From Dendrobates tinctorius (Eukaryota): a stretch of 64,000 nucleotides of DNA. The DNA lies in assembly GCF_039654945.1 (NCBI RefSeq), contig NW_027361810.1:39866001-39930000 (forward strand), written 5' to 3'. Shown here piece after piece: positions 12,899 to 28,964 of the stretch (position 1 is the stretch's first letter; each line of letters begins with the position of its first letter). The translations under genes were made by a program, and so were the position numbers. The notes under the pieces are model-generated. The model saw only the letters and a list, made by a program, of their open reading frames with translations, searched no databases and was not told the origin of the DNA.

Positions 12899-13789
12899 TA
12901 CCACAAATTTCCAAATGCAACTATGGGCAAAATAACACCTATATTCAGTCAATAATAAACCTAGTGAATATTAAAATAATACGTGCCCAAAAATAATCCT
13001 AATGGATAAAGTGAATGTAAATTCCAAACAGAATATGCCAAAAGAAGAAAAAGGAGTGCAATCCATATAATGAAGTGCAAAACAATTAATAGAGTGAAAA
13101 TAGCATTTATTAATTAATTACAAATAAATGTGTACAAAAATTAATTAAAATTGAGTATATCATACAACCCTAGTTGGTATATGTAGCCAGTGCAAACCAA
13201 GGCAACAAGACTCTTTAATGGCACATAATAAAATTATTTTACACAGAAGTGTTATAATGACCATAAAAAAGCGGTACTGTTACATGTATACAGGCAGAAA
13301 AAACTTTAATGGCACGTAATAAAATTATTTTACACCAAGGGTTATAGTAACCATAAAAACCAGTAGCGCTACATATATATAGGAACCAACCCACAAAGTG
13401 CTGCCAATAAAAATGCCAAAAAGAGCCAAGTGAAATCACTGCTTCTTAACGCTTACCCATATAGTATGGTGCCTGGTTGCTCTGGAGCCACGTGTCACCC
13501 TTGACGCGCGTTTCGCCCTTGGCTTTATCAAAAGGGATACCAGTAACAGTACCGCTTTTTTATGGTCATTATAACACTTCTGTGTAAAATAATTTTATTA
13601 TGTGCCATTAAAGAGTCTTTTTGCCTTGGTTTGCACTGGGTACATATACTAACTAGGGTTGTATGATATACTCAATTTTAATTAATTTTTGTACACATTT
13701 ATTTGTAATTAATTAATAAATGCTATTTTCACTCTATTAATTGTTTTGCACTTCATTATATGTATTGCACTCCTTTTTCTTCTTTTGGC
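12899..13789 (-). mobile_element. Penelope-like fold-back remnant with hammerhead ribozyme
   Basis: 248-bp inverted arms 13036-13283 / 13543-13790; about 15-bp TSD AAAGATTGCAAAAAA at 12884 and 13790. Confidence 0.8.
13498..13536 (-). ncRNA. Minimal type I hammerhead ribozyme, U3-A8 core variant
   Basis: Minus strand CCCUU UUGAUAA A GCC-AAG-GGC GAAA CGCGCGUC AAGGG. Confidence 0.7.
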
Positions 13790-14789
13790 AAAGATTGCAA
13801 AAAAAATTGCCCTGGCCTGGAAAACCTGTATAAGGACCTGAATGTCTCACAAAATAAATACCATAGAATGCCACAATATGTTGGCAAGGATCTCAGAACC
13901 GCTGGATCATCGCAACCTCTGGTTGGCCAGAGGTTTGTCAGAGTATCAAAGTATTTTTTGAAAAGAAGATGTTGAGCCATTACTTATAGCATACCCACAG
14001 GATTATTAAACGATTTTGTCGATACACTTTCCCCAAACTTCAGAACAGTTGCAAACTTCTAGCCATTTACACCATGCCTCCAGGGCTGCTCAAAATTGCA
14101 GTGTCACCCCCAAAATGCCCAACTTTGGGTTTGGCTTTACTAAGTGTTCCTTTAGCGACCCACTTTGTGGACACAATCATGGGGGGGGGGAAAGATCCTA
14201 CTTGGCAAGATCTTCATTGAATTCAGTGAAACAGTTGCCATTTCTCCATTGCAGTCTATGGGAAGTCACTAGGGGCGGTTCGCGCAGGAAGTGTAATAAG
14301 GGTCCGATGGCGCGGCCACAACTGAGTGATCCCTTTTCGGCTACAAGCCTGTGTGCCCTTTATCTGGATGGCATGCTCCTGATCTATTTGGACATCATAT
14401 CACTATGGAGACCATGGATAATTAATAGATATGTGAGACATTCCTACTGTCTAATTCCTTCTCTATTTATCATTACAATGAGAGTGTAAATTGTAGCAGA
14501 CACCGGCTACATTTCATGGCTGTACTGAGAAGAACACAACGGGGACGGTTTATGTAAACTAGCAAAGAGGGAAAGTGGAAAAGTTGCCAACAGCAACAAG
14601 ATTTAACGCTTTAATATTATATCTCTGCTAGAAACCCAAAGGCCTTATTCACATGAGTGCAAGAGTGAAATATAATAAGCAGCAAAAAAACAGAACCAAA
14701 ATATTGTCCTGGGAAATCAGGGATATGGAATTATAGAATTAGAAATGAAATTGAAATGCTGCCAGGACTTCTAGAAAACGCCTGTGATT

Positions 14790-15965
14790 CCTACACCACT
14801 CATCCAACATGGGGAAAGCATGAAAGACCTACATCCTCCACAGAACCATGCGAGTCCTACATATACTCCCCCATCATAGAGAAGCATGTGACTCCTGCAT
14901 CCTCTATCCAACATGGGGAAAGCATGAAAGTCCTACCTCCTCCATACAGCAGAGAACCATGCGAGTCCTACTTATATCCCACCCTTCATAGAGAACTATC
15001 TGAGCCCTACATATACAACACCCATCATAGAAAAGCATGAGCGTCTGGCATTCCCCACCCAACATGGGGAAAGCATGAGAGTCCTACATCCTCCACACAA
15101 CATAGAGAACCATGCAAGTCCTACATATACCCCCCAATCATGGAGAAGCATGTGAGTCCTGCATCCCCTATCCAATATGGAAAGCAGGAGAGTCCCACAT
15201 CTTCCACGCAACATAGAGAACCATAGGAGTCCTACATATACCCACCCATCATAGAGAACCACGTGAGTCCTACATATACTCCCCGATCATGGAGAGGCAT
15301 GTGAGTCCTGCTCCCCCACCCAACATGGGGAAAGCATGAGAGTCCTACATCCTCCACACAACATAGAGAACCATGCAAGTCCTACATATAATGGAGAAGC
15401 ATGTGAGTCCTGCTCCCCCACCCAACATGGGGAAAGCATAAGAATCCCACATCCTCCACACAATATAGAGAACCATATGAGTCCTACATATACCCCATCC
15501 ATCATAGATAAGCATGGGATTCCTGTATTTCCCACTCAACATAAAAAGACTATGTAAGTCCAGAGTTCCATATCCACTATAGAGAAATCATGTTAGTCCT
15601 ACATCCCACACACATTATAGAGAAAGGATGAGAGTCCTACATCCATCACCCAATACAGAGAAAGCATGAGTCTGTTCACATAGGCCAAAAGAGACAGTTG
15701 GTGTCCCTTAGGTTTCAGGGCCCAGTTGGGATTGCAACCCCTGTACTTATTGTAGTCATGCACCTGCCCACACCAAACATAGAGAAAGCCTGCGAGTCTT
15801 GCATCTCCAACACTTCTTAGAAAGAACATGTGACTGTAGCATCCTCCACCCAACATAGAGAAAGTTTGCGAGTCCTACATCTGCTACATAGAGAGCATGT
15901 GGGTCCAGCATCTATTATCCAATATAGAGAAAGCATGCGAGTCCTGGATCTCCCATCCAACATAG
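14790..15965. repeat. Diverged minisatellite, about 35-bp units
   Basis: Recurring CATAGAGAA(A)GCATG(Y)GAGTCCTACAT...CCC motif. Confidence 0.85.
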
Positions 15966-15971
15966 AAAGTA

Positions 15972-17602
15972 CAGTTGTGCTCAAAACTTTACATAGCCCG
16001 GCAGAATTTTTGCTTTCTTGGCCTTTTTTTTTCTTCAGAGAATATGAATGATAACACCAAAACTTTTTCTCCACTCATGGTTAGTGGTTGGGTGAAGCCA
16101 CTTATTGTCAAACTACTGTGTTTTCTCTTTTTAAATCATAATGACAACCCAAAACATGCAAATGACCCTGATCAAAAGTTCACATACCCAATTTCTTAAT
16201 ATTGTGTATTGCCCCTTCTAACATCAATGACAGCTTGAAGTCTTTTGTTGTAGTTGTGGATGAGGTTCTTTATTTTCTCAGATGGTAAAACTGCGCACTC
16301 TTCTAGGCAAAAAGCCTCCAGTTCCTGTAAATTCCTGGGCTGTCTAGCATGAACTGCGCGCTTGAGATCTCCCCAGAGAAGCTCAATGATATTGAGGTCA
16401 GGAGACTAAGATGGCCACTCCAGAACCTTCACTTTGTTCAGCTGTAGCCAATGAAAGGTTGACTTGGCCTTGTGTTTTTGATCACTGTTATGTTGGAACA
16501 TCCAAGAACGTCCCATGCGCAGCTTCCTGGCTGATGAGTGCAAATTTGCATCCAGTATTTGCTGATAACGTGCTTCATTCATGTTTCCTTCAATTATGAC
16601 CAAGTTTCCTGCGCCTTTGTAGCTCACACATCCCCAAAACATCAGCGATCCACCTCCGTGTTTTACTGTAGGGATGGTGTTCCTTTCATCATAGGCCTTA
16701 TTGACCTTTCTCCACATGTAACATTTATGGTTGTGGCCAAAAAGTTCAATTTTGGTCTCATCACTCCAAATTACCTTGTTCCAGAAGTTTTGAGGTTTGT
16801 TTCTGTGCTTTTTAGCGTATTGTAAGCATGATACTTTGTGACATTTGCGCAGTAATGGCTTTCTTCTGGTGATTTGACCATGCAGCCCATTTTTCTTCAA
16901 GTACCTCCGTATTGTACATATTGAAACATCCACATCATAAGTTTTCAGAAAGTCCAGTGTATTTGTGGGTTTTTCTTTGCATCCCGAACAGTTTTCCTGC
17001 CAGTTGTGGATGATATTTTAGTTGGTCTACCTGACCGTGGTTTTGTTTTTACAGAGCCCCTGATTTCGATTTGTTAATCACAGTTTGAACGCTGCTGACT
17101 GGCATTATCAATTCTTTGGATATCTTTATGTATCCCTTTCCTATTTTATACAGTTCAACTACCTTTACCCGTAGATCCGTTGACAATTCTTTTGCTTTCC
17201 CCATGACTCATAATCCAGAAACGTCAGTGGCTGGATGAAAGATGCAAGAGTCTGTCTGCATTCCAGAAACTCACTCAGATTTTATGCACACACAGTGATT
17301 ACAAGCAAACAGGTCACAGGTGAGGATGTTACCTTTAGTAGCCATTCAAACCCATCTGTGTCAACTTCTGTGCATGTTATCAGGCCAAAATCACCAGGGT
17401 ATGTAAACTTTTGATAAGGGTCATTATGTTTTGAGTTGTCATTATGATTTAAAAAGAAAAAAAACACAATAGTTTGACATTAAATGGCTTCACCCAATCA
17501 CTAACCATGAGTGGAGTTTTGGTGTTATCATTCATATTCTCTGAAAAAAAGGCCAAGAAAGCAAAAATTCTGCCAAGGTATGTAAACTTTTGAGCACAAC
17601 TG
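15972..17602 (-). mobile_element. Tc1/mariner IR/DR-type element with decayed transposase
   Basis: TA-flanked CAGTTGTGCTCAAAA TIRs of about 230 bp; ORF 16406-16933 has WSDETK and [12 protein letters not shown]; second catalytic D mutated, stops and deletions. Confidence 0.92.
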
Positions 17603-18163
17603 TATATGATTAATGATGCGCCAATTCTGGAGCAGCTTAGGGCTGGTATTTTTAGGCTGGCAAGTGCCCAATAATCAGGGACCTTCCCAGCCTGTTAATA
17701 TCAGCCTTCAGCTGTCTGCTTTACCTTTGCTGTTTATCAAAAATAGGGCAGACCCCATGTCATTTTTTTAAATTATTTATTAGGTTAAATAATGCTAAAC
17801 ACCCTTTAGTGCCACATGAATAGTACTAAAGGGTGCGAGATTAATAATATGTAGGGAACTTGTGAAATTATATATCTGCAGGATATCTATCTACTCTGTC
17901 TATCTATCTGTATGTGATATAAGATTGCTTTATTATTTTGGACCGCTAGATTTAATTTAAATAAAGTATTATAGCATATAAAAGAGGATTTTAAAAATGT
18001 ATGTCATTCGGATGCTAGGAGAGAAAAAAAAACGCACAGTCACATAGCACTTGTATGACATACGTATGACATTCGTCAACTTTTCTTTCTGAGAATCTGA
18101 GAGATTTTATATACGCAGATGTGAGTGAACCCTTATACCACCTCTTGGCTGGATTGCCATTAA

Positions 18164-18548
18164 ACGGAATCTATTTAATCTAACGACAGAATGACGTAGG
18201 AACTGAGACTCTGATTTCAGTGATGTGTCATTTATTAGGCTTTCTGCTGTTGTAACAATCAGTGTTTTATCAGCAGGAAATTATCACTCTTATACTAGTT
18301 GCCATGTGCCTCCAGGTCAAACCACACCCCGAGCACTGATTAGTAGCTTACTGTCAATATACAATGTATACAGTGGTCTTGGCGGAGTCAGCTTTTGAGC
18401 TCTGCTACATCTACAGCAGAGCAAACTCTGATTCTATCAAAACCACTGCACCCAGTAAACCAAGTGACACATCGCTGGAACTGGGGTCTCTTCCATTACA
18501 TTATGCTGCTCTCAGATGAGGAAGTAAAAACCTGGTGACAGATTCCCT
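18164..18548. mobile_element. TTAA-target T2/Kolobok-type MITE
   Basis: TTAA flanks; ends GGTGACAGATTCCCT; homologous to 19797-20190. Confidence 0.65.
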
Positions 18549-19796
18549 TTAATGAATCTCACAGCTTTCCATAATATTACTGCCACCTTTTCTAGACACT
18601 TATTATTCTAGTAGGGGTTTAAAAAGTGTCAAATTAATAATAAACTTGGTGAACGACATACAGAGTTTTGGTTAAAAATGAGCCACAATTTTCATTCTCT
18701 AATTGAGTTAAAAAGTAGACATTCCCTTTGTAGTACAGTGGGGACCATGTTAATGTCATGTATGATGAGCTGTAGGCTTTTCCTATATATATAGATGTGT
18801 CACTTGTGTTGACAAGTCTGGAAATAAACGTGATTTCATGATGCTCTGTCCAGAGATGTTTATGCTATAAGTATCTGTGTGACAACCCCAGTGGTTATAA
18901 CATGAACTGCAGCCTTTCGAAGCTTTTTGACAAGAGGGCAGATTAACTATTGCAAATGTGCAAAAATTCTGCCTTATATTTATTAAGTGGTTTAGACACT
19001 TCAGCGACTGTCAAGGTCGAGACTTAAAAGGCACAAAGTATAAGTCGTAGTCATAAAGTAAGTAGAACTATAGATGATGAGATTTGCATAAAGATAAGGG
19101 AGGACTCATCTGTACAGTCTACAACAGTTAAATGGACTTTAAAGGGATGTTGAAAAAAAATGGAGGTATCTGGAACTGCAGCTCATTTTCTGCAAAATCT
19201 ATCTATATACAATATATATGTTTTAGGACATAGGGTATTACATACATTTGGGCAAGCTGAGCTGGAGACAAGATTCTACAACAGGTCTACCTTGTCATAA
19301 ACATTCTGTCATTTTAATAAAAAGGTCACTCGACAGGAGCCTCTTGGACCTCCACCTCCCACACACCTTATTAACTATCTATTAATTACACTTGTATAAA
19401 TCCATTTTTTACTCTCTAATAAAAAATGACACAGAATGTCATTATATGCAAAATACAGGTGTCGTTATTATGCCCCAATCATCCCCTCTCAAAATATTGT
19501 CAGGGTACAATATTTATTCATTAGCCCAGGTAATAAATACGATTCAATATCATCTTTCTGATCATGTTTTCCGTCTGCTATCTAATGCCTGAGCTGCGAG
19601 GCAATCAGGTATAATTAGTCCAAACCCATTAAAACCACTCACAGGTGTTTGAAGAACAGCTGCTAATATCCGCACACCTGACAACTAGGGCGCTGCCGTG
19701 TCTCCACTGATCTGGATAGTTAATCACTGGTAAAAATCCATCATTATTTCATTTGTATAATAAGAGCTGTTGCTAACGAATTCAATAAATCATTAA

Positions 19797-20190
19797 AGGG
19801 AATCTGTCACCGGGTTTTCGCCTGATAATTAGAGAAGCAGCATAATGTAGAGATAGAGACCCTGATTCCAGCGATATATCACTTATTGGGCTGCTGGCTG
19901 TAGTTTTGATAAAAATCATAGTTTTATCAGCAGGAGATTATCATTGGAGGACTAGTAAACCTACTGCCGGGTAGTCCAACCACGCCCCCACCACTGATTG
20001 GTTTAATTCTGCCTGTACACAGAGAGCAGCCAATCAGTTATGTGGGTGGAGTTATACAGAGAATACGTAGATGTGTGGCTGTGATTTTGTCAAAACTGCA
20101 GCAAGCAGCCCAGTAAGTGACACATCATTGGAATCAGGGTCTTTTTCCCTACGTTATGCAGCTCTCAAAAACCTGGTTATAGATTCCCAA
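19797..20190. mobile_element. TTAA-target T2/Kolobok-type MITE
   Basis: TTAA-AGGGAATCTGTCACC start, AGATTCCC end, internal inverted symmetry. Confidence 0.7.
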
Positions 20191-21444
20191 TAATTAGTGA
20201 AACTGTATAGGCTGGAAAGTAAAGGAATTGGGGACAACAGTGGAAAACAAGTATTTATTTAAACTCTGGATGATGAGAAATAACAGAGATTGTTGGATCT
20301 GTGTGCTGCCATAAGGGCTTTGTACGTTTCCCTGTACACTGGTATGATGCAGAGAAAAGTATATAAAAAGTACATTATACAGGTAGCAAGAAAAAGCTAT
20401 TGAGGTGGAACCGGCTTTGATTCTGTGGTTTGTTACATTCACGGTCTATCGAGCAGTCAGGAAATTGTCAGTATGTAATGAAATCCTGTTCACAATAGAG
20501 ATCAATGATTCCTTCTTTTCTGGCAACCATTCATGCAGAGACCAGAACGCCGTATCTGTGACTGCCCTACAGGAAAATAAAGTAGGCAGTCTGACAGACC
20601 TTCCAAAAACACATAGGAGTATCCGGCAATTGTATTTGTACTCAAAATGCATGTATTTTTTCCTAAAAATAATTTACGAGCGATCTCCTTAAAGGGGTTG
20701 TCCACTACTAGTACTAGAACATCCCCTTCTCAATATGAATGCTTGCCCCCGTTAAAGTAAAAACATCTATACTCACCTCCCGTGTCGGTGTCATTCTGGT
20801 AGTGTCGGCACTTGCGTTTCCCAGATTCACGTACGGTTTTTAATCAGCACCGGCTTCCTATGGGGGTTTCCTAACTCTCCCCGATACATGGTTCCGGGGG
20901 AGATATGGATCTGGCTTGAAATCCACTACTTGATCTTTTAGTTGTCATGGTAGGTAAGACAAAGTCATCGGACTGCGCTCGGATGACATCTGAGTGCGTC
21001 TGATTTCCGCGCGCTGACCCAATGGAGAAGATGGAGAATTTTTTATTTGCTCCATCTTCTCCTCATCCTAAAGAATCCGATCACACGCTGATCAGAGTGT
21101 GATTGGCAAAATTGTCCCGATTCACTTGCATGAGAAAATCTACTGCCCTAACACTGAGAAACGAAAAGGTGGGAGCAGAAAGAGCCATCAAAATTTTTAA
21201 GATTATTACAAAAGCACTGGACTACATAAAAGACAGCGGCAAAATGATAGAAACATCGTCTATAAAGTTTTGACCGTTGCTTAATTTTTCATTTAACAAG
21301 TAACGTTTGCGTTTTAAATGGAACATGACCGTAGATTCAGCCGAGTATGTTTTACCCTGAAACCCTGGCATTTCAGAGAAAAAAAATACTATGAAAAGTG
21401 AGCCGAGGACTATGTATCTTAGATGACTAATCCGAGGTAGGTTC

Positions 21445-22312
21445 TGTTATGAATGGGTCACCAAGGAGGATGGCAGGAACAGGCTAAGCCACCAGGAAAC
21501 CAGAGAGGTTGGTAACTCAGCGGATTGCAGACCCCTGATCCTAACAACACACTAGCAGTAGCCGTGGAGCGTACCTACGATGCCCTAGATGCCTCATCAC
21601 GGCTGGAGAACTAACTAAGCCTAAAGCCAGAAAGGTGAAATCTAAACTGCCCCAGAGCAGATCCCCAAAGGAATAGACAGTCCCCAAACATATATTGTCA
21701 GTGAGACAAGATGAGACACAAACATAGGCAGCAAATAGACTGAGCAAATGATGGGGCCCAAACTGTCTAGCTAGGACAGGACAGAAAAGATACTGTCTGC
21801 AATCACGCAAAAACCCTAAAAATCCAACACATCTGATATACAAAAAACCTGAGGCCACATGACCTCACCTCCGCTAGATCAGCACTCTGGTGTAAACTGG
21901 AAGCAAAGCAAAAGATACTAATATAACAGGGGACTGAACAAACTGACACAAGCTGTAACATATGGAGCGGGGCCCAGTGCTGCCCCCAGCAGGGAGAACG
22001 CAGAACCCTCGCAACAAAGCAGAAAGCACAACAAGGCACAACCAGATTAGATGCAAAGGATTAGCAAAAGAATCACTTAACTGAACCATGCAGATCCGGC
22101 AGGAGACTGAAGAGCTCAAAATGCACAAGGAGGAAAATCACCAGCAATCACCAAGGGAAGCCTGCTCACTTATATGCTCCCAGCCAGAAATCCCAGATTC
22201 CCAATCATCATCATCAGGTGGCAAACTTCCATCAGACTGGCCAGCTCCACTACTCCCAGTAACCACCAGAGGGAGCTCCAGCTCAGAAGTCTGAGCAAGG
22301 GAATTCACAACA
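21445..22312 (-). mobile_element. Solo LTR, related to 41955-42746 and 60585-62207
   Basis: TGTTATGAA...TTCACAACA termini; AGGTT flanking duplication; shared internal sequence. Confidence 0.8.
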
Positions 22313-22444
22313 AGGTTACCTCCTCCGTGTCCAGATCCCATTGATTGACAGGTCTGTCCTTACACACACACACATAAGGAAAGATCTGTTTAGTGGAGAA
22401 GAAAGGGGAGACGCCACCTCGGACCAGTCAACCGAGACCAGGTG

Positions 22445-22726
22445 TGGACTGGGGCTGAAATTCAGCCCTGGCATTTGAAATCACACAGGTCCATGCTGTC
22501 CACATCCCCAAGCACCGGATGGGATATATTACTAATATTACCCTGGATGGAGGAAAGCAAGATTTACTACAAGACCAATAATTCTAATGATACCTCAATC
22601 ACAACTCTTAACAGTGTGGGTGTCTTGAGAACACCGATTCTGCTAACAACGTAGCAGACAAGGCAGCCTACAACCAGACAGGCCCTTCTGGCATTTGCCT
22701 GAATTGCCAGATGGCCAGTCCGGCCC
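22445..22726. repeat. Dispersed MITE-like repeat, copy 1
   Basis: GGACTGG...CCAGTCCGGCCC ends; second copy near 26985-27310. Confidence 0.6.
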
Positions 22727-23539
22727 TTACCGAGACACATAGTTCACGGCCGGTTTCCAAAATACAGAAATACTGACGCACTTCAGAATAAACCATAAAA
22801 AGTTTCAGTACCAATCAGTGACTGGTTCGTCCGGCTTCTGGTTATGGCAGTATGAATCTATCAGGTTCCCTTTAAGTTCACACATTTTTTAGATTTTACT
22901 TGATCATTTTTTTCTAATAGCTCAGAAAATCCTATTACCGTAATCACAATTTTTCCTAATTGAACCTAAAATGTTACTTCAGTCCAGATTCAACCTGCCC
23001 GGTCTTCATTATTATTCCATTTCCAAGAGGCAACACAAAAGCTTCCAGATAACAAGATGCTTTTGTTAGACACATTTCTCAAGGTCACTGTGACTTTGCA
23101 TTAGTTCAGCCGACCATCACTGTGCGGTATCAATAGGTTCGCTGCTGGCTACAGTCACATAACCAGATACCAGCAAAGTCATTACAACTCTGGCATAAAA
23201 TCTATGAGGGGCCTCATTAATTCTTAAAGTCAACGTTCATTCTACAAAATGTTTTGTCATCAAAATAGGTTTAAAATTATGTGCAGAATATAAAATATAT
23301 CATAAAATAACATTTCCAAAGTTCTGTTCATCATCGCCTTTGCTCCTGTCTTTTGTGCCTTTTCTGTTTGCACCCAATGTGCCTTTTCTGTACTTTTTTT
23401 TTTATGTGCTTGCCTGTTTTTGGTTTTTTAATTTTTTCCGCTTTGTGTCTAGCGACTTATGATGTTTTAGTCTTTCTTAAAACTTGCAAAATTTGGTGCA
23501 ACTCTACTCCGGTTCCCCCTGGAGTGATTTTCTGTACTT

Positions 23540-24275
23540 CAATCAATCAATCAATCAATCAATCAAATCAAATTTATTATCGCCAAGTACATATTACATA
23601 TATACAAGGAATTCTTTGTGGCAAAGAGGCAACATAATATATAACAACAGATACAACAAGTAACATCTAACAAGACAGATACAGTATATAGTCTACACAT
23701 GACGATTTAATTGTTGAACAGAGAGTGGATAGAAGCTGTTCATATGGCGGTTGGTGCTGCATTTGGGGACTCTGAAGCGACGTCCTGAAGGGAGTAGTTG
23801 GAATGAGGAGTGTCCCGGGTGAGAGGGATCGGATGAAATTTTCAATGCGTGGGATCGAATACTCTTATCATAAAGATCCTGGATTTTAGGCAAGGGGGAA
23901 CCTATAATTCTCTCTGCTGTTCTGAAAGTCCTTTGTAAGCGGAGTTTGTCATGCGCAGTGGCTCCCCCATACCAGACTATCAGAGAGGAACAAATCACAG
24001 ATCTGATGACAGCATTAAAGAATAAGATCAGCAGATACTTAGACAAACCATATCTTTTCAGCTGACGCAGGAAGAACATCCTCTATTGTGCTTTCCTTAT
24101 AACAGCATCCACGTTTTTCCCCCATTTAAGAGCATGAGAGATGATAACACCAAGGAATTTGGTCTCTGTGACCCTAAGAACCACTTCGTCATGGATGTAG
24201 ATTGGAAGTATCTCATGTTGATCTTTCCTAAAATCCACAACCATCTCAGCAGTTTTTTTTTAGTGTTGAGTACAA
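23540..24275 (-). mobile_element. 5'-truncated Rex1/Babar LINE
   Basis: Minus-strand EMVVDFRK...KFLGVII...AQ*RMFFLRQLK...FQLLPSGRRFR; (TTGA)n tail at 23540-23570; possible TGTACTT TSD. Confidence 0.85.
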
Positions 24276-24557
24276 GATTATTGGCTTATTATTGGCTTAT
24301 TGTACTTAGAACAAAAGTCGTTTATCTTTTGCAACATTTTGAAAAACTTGTGATTTTTTGCTCAGTCGGTAAAAAAAAAGTTAAGTGAGAAGAAAAAGCC
24401 CATTTTTGACAGAAGCTGAAGCCCTGCTCTGTGTAGCACAGGCAATCAGATGATTGCAGCTTCTAGGCTCCGATGGAGACTATTGAACCAAGTAATTAAA
24501 AAAGTTTTTTTTTTTTTATTTATATATATATAAATTTAAAAGAAAAAATTACACATA

Positions 24558-26186
<1,629 letters not shown>

Positions 26187-26984
26187 TATTTGATGACGCC
26201 CGATCTATCAATGTACAAAAAGAATTATTCAGATTGGTAAACTGTGTAATGAGAAAACAAGACAAAACATCAGAATTACTTTTTTTGTTCGCCATTGCAT
26301 TAAAATGTAATAACTGGCGATCAACATATTGCATCTACAGCAAAATGGTATCAACAAAAACTTCAGCTCAGCGCGCAAAAAATAAGCCCTCACCCAACCC
26401 CAGATCATGAAAAATGGAGACACTACAGGTGTCAGAAAATGGCGATTTTTTTTTTTAAGAAACTTTGGATTTTTTTTTCTTCACTTAAACAAAGAAGAAC
26501 CGAGACATGTTTGAGATCTACGAACTTGTAATGACCCGGAGAATCATAATGGCAGGTCAGTTCTAGCATCTGGTGAACATGGTAAAAAAATCCAAACAAC
26601 AGTTGTGGAATTGCACTCTTTTTGTAATTTCACCGCACTTTCAATTTTTTTCCCCCAATTTTCCAGTACACTATATGGTAAAACAAACAGTGGTATTGTT
26701 CAAAAGTACAACTTGTCTCACAAAAATCAAACCCTCACATGGTCATATTGATGAAAAATAAAGTTATGTCTCTGGGAAGAAGGGGAGCGAAAAAAAATGG
26801 AAACTCGCAAATGGAAAAAACTAAAGTTGGTGAAGGGGTTAAACAATCTTTTAACTCAAAGAAAGAATTATTTGGGATCCCGACATGTCAGTGTCCACGA
26901 GTGATCTGCAGGTGCACATAGACGCATTGTGGACATGGGAGACGAGTTCGAGAAATTGCATCCACTGTGCTGGAACACAGGTAC

Positions 26985-27310
26985 GGACTGGGACTGAAAT
27001 TCAGCCCTGGCATTTGAAATCACACAGGCCCATGCTGTGCCTGTACCCAAGCACCAGATGGGATACATTACTACTAATATTACCCTGGAAGGAGGAAAGC
27101 AAGATTTACTACAAGACCAATATGTCTAATGATTCCAGTGGCCTACTGGGGTAAGTAACGGAGTCAGTGACTTTGTGCTCCATCACAGCTCTTATCACTA
27201 AGGGCATCTTGAGAACACCGATTCTGCTAATAACATAGCAGACAAGGCAGCCCATAACCAGACAGGCCCTTCTGGCATGTGCCAGAATTGCCAGATGGCC
27301 AGTCCGGCCC
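26985..27310. repeat. Dispersed MITE-like repeat, copy 2
   Basis: Homologous to 22445-22726. Confidence 0.6.
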
Positions 27311-27563
27311 GCTGCGGGTCCGATGCTGCATAAATACACAAAGTTAAACTTGCAACAGTTCCTGATCATGTGTACGTACCCTTAATGACAGAATTGGTGG
27401 TGGTCAATGGTATAGAAGGGGTAATATCTTGGTTGGAACTAAGGCAGCTAAGGTGGTTACATTTCATACCTGGGGTCTGCCTGATTCCTCACCTCTCCAG
27501 GTGGTGTACGAGGGAGGACAACACAGGTGTAGCCATTTCTTCAGAGGAACGCAGAAGCTGTAA

Positions 27564-27746
27564 GGCTGGGGTCAGACATGCGAGAAACTCGCACGAGTCT
27601 CGCATGTCAATACTCGGCACTCGGACAGGAGTGTGCAGCTACATGTATTTCTATGCAGCCGCACGCTCCGGTCCCGAGTGCCGGTGGCAGTGCCGGGTAT
27701 TGACATGCGAGACTCGTGCGAGTTTCTCGCATATCTGACCCTGGCC
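27564..27746. mobile_element. Palindromic Harbinger-type MITE
   Basis: TAA TSDs; GGCTGGGGTCAGA / TCTGACCCTGGCC TIRs; nearly fully self-complementary. Confidence 0.85.
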
Positions 27747-28964
27747 TAACTGTACAGCTGCCCCATAATCTCGGCGCTCAGGCAGGACATTTCAGGAGTA
27801 CTCTGGATGATCATCAGCATGTGACCGCTGCTGCCAATCAGGACTGCTAATCAGCTGCAGCGTTCATATTCTGCCATGGTGTCTTACAACCCGGCTCCTT
27901 TGGGCTACCAGTGTGATGCACCCGATCCCATGCTGTTCTGTCCTAACATATGATGGGGATTTCTCACCAAGTGAGGAGCAGTAATTGGCACAGAAATCCT
28001 TATGGGGAGCAGCAGCCGGTGCTGAATCCAGGAGGTTTGGTCCCCAATGATCAGTCATAGACCATGAGGCTATGTTCCCAGGAGGAGCTTTTGGTGAGTT
28101 TGCAGATTTTCTGCCCCTATTTAGTAAATTAGGTTACTTGCATTTTTTAGTGCATTTTTACATCATGTGTATTTATCACGTTTTTGATGCTGCGGTTTTG
28201 GTCTCTTGATAAAGCTGATTTGTTTTTGATTTTTGCCAAAAGTTTATCCATATACTTAGCTGTGGATTACATATGTGTTGTTCTTCTTTTTGTGTGTGTG
28301 TGTGTTTTTTGCAGCAGAAATGCACTAAAGACACCATAGGTTTTCTACCTGCAGATTTTCCTCTGTAAATGCAACTCTATGGGGAAAATCTGCCCAGAAA
28401 AACTTTCCGCAAGGGAAATTGACACGTTTCATAATTGAAACCCGCACGGCAAGTCACTTTATGCTGAGTAGAGATAAGCGAGCCCAAACTTTAAAGTTCA
28501 GGGGACGTACTGGACACATAGTGTGTGATGCTGACGAGCGCGAGAAATGGAATTCAAACTCCAAATGTTTGGGTCCTCATTGAGTACAATAGGGTTCGGG
28601 TACAGTTCTGGTACCTGAACTTTGAACTAAAGTTTGGTAGGGTACCAGAACCCAAACTTCCATGTATCCGCTCATCCCTAATGGTGAGATTAAAAAAATA
28701 AATAAATACAAAAAACAAAAACCACAGACGGCAGGAGATCTCTAATACCGTCCACTTTGCTGGAACTGTAAGACGCTGCATTTTTGGCGCAGTGAAAATA
28801 CAGTATGTATCAAAGTCTCATTGTGGACACACCTCTGGTACACCTTTACGCCATGTTCCCATTTGCAAAAATGCAGTTTTGGGTTTTTTTTGTTTGTTTT
28901 TTTTTCTGCAGCTGTTGGGACAAAAATGAACAATAAAAATCTGCTCGGACTATTGTGGTATCTG

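Noticed and set aside
16531-16560. Other CTGATGA matches (also near 229, 942 and 35524) as hammerheads
   Set aside because: No properly placed stem II, GAAA and closing stem I.
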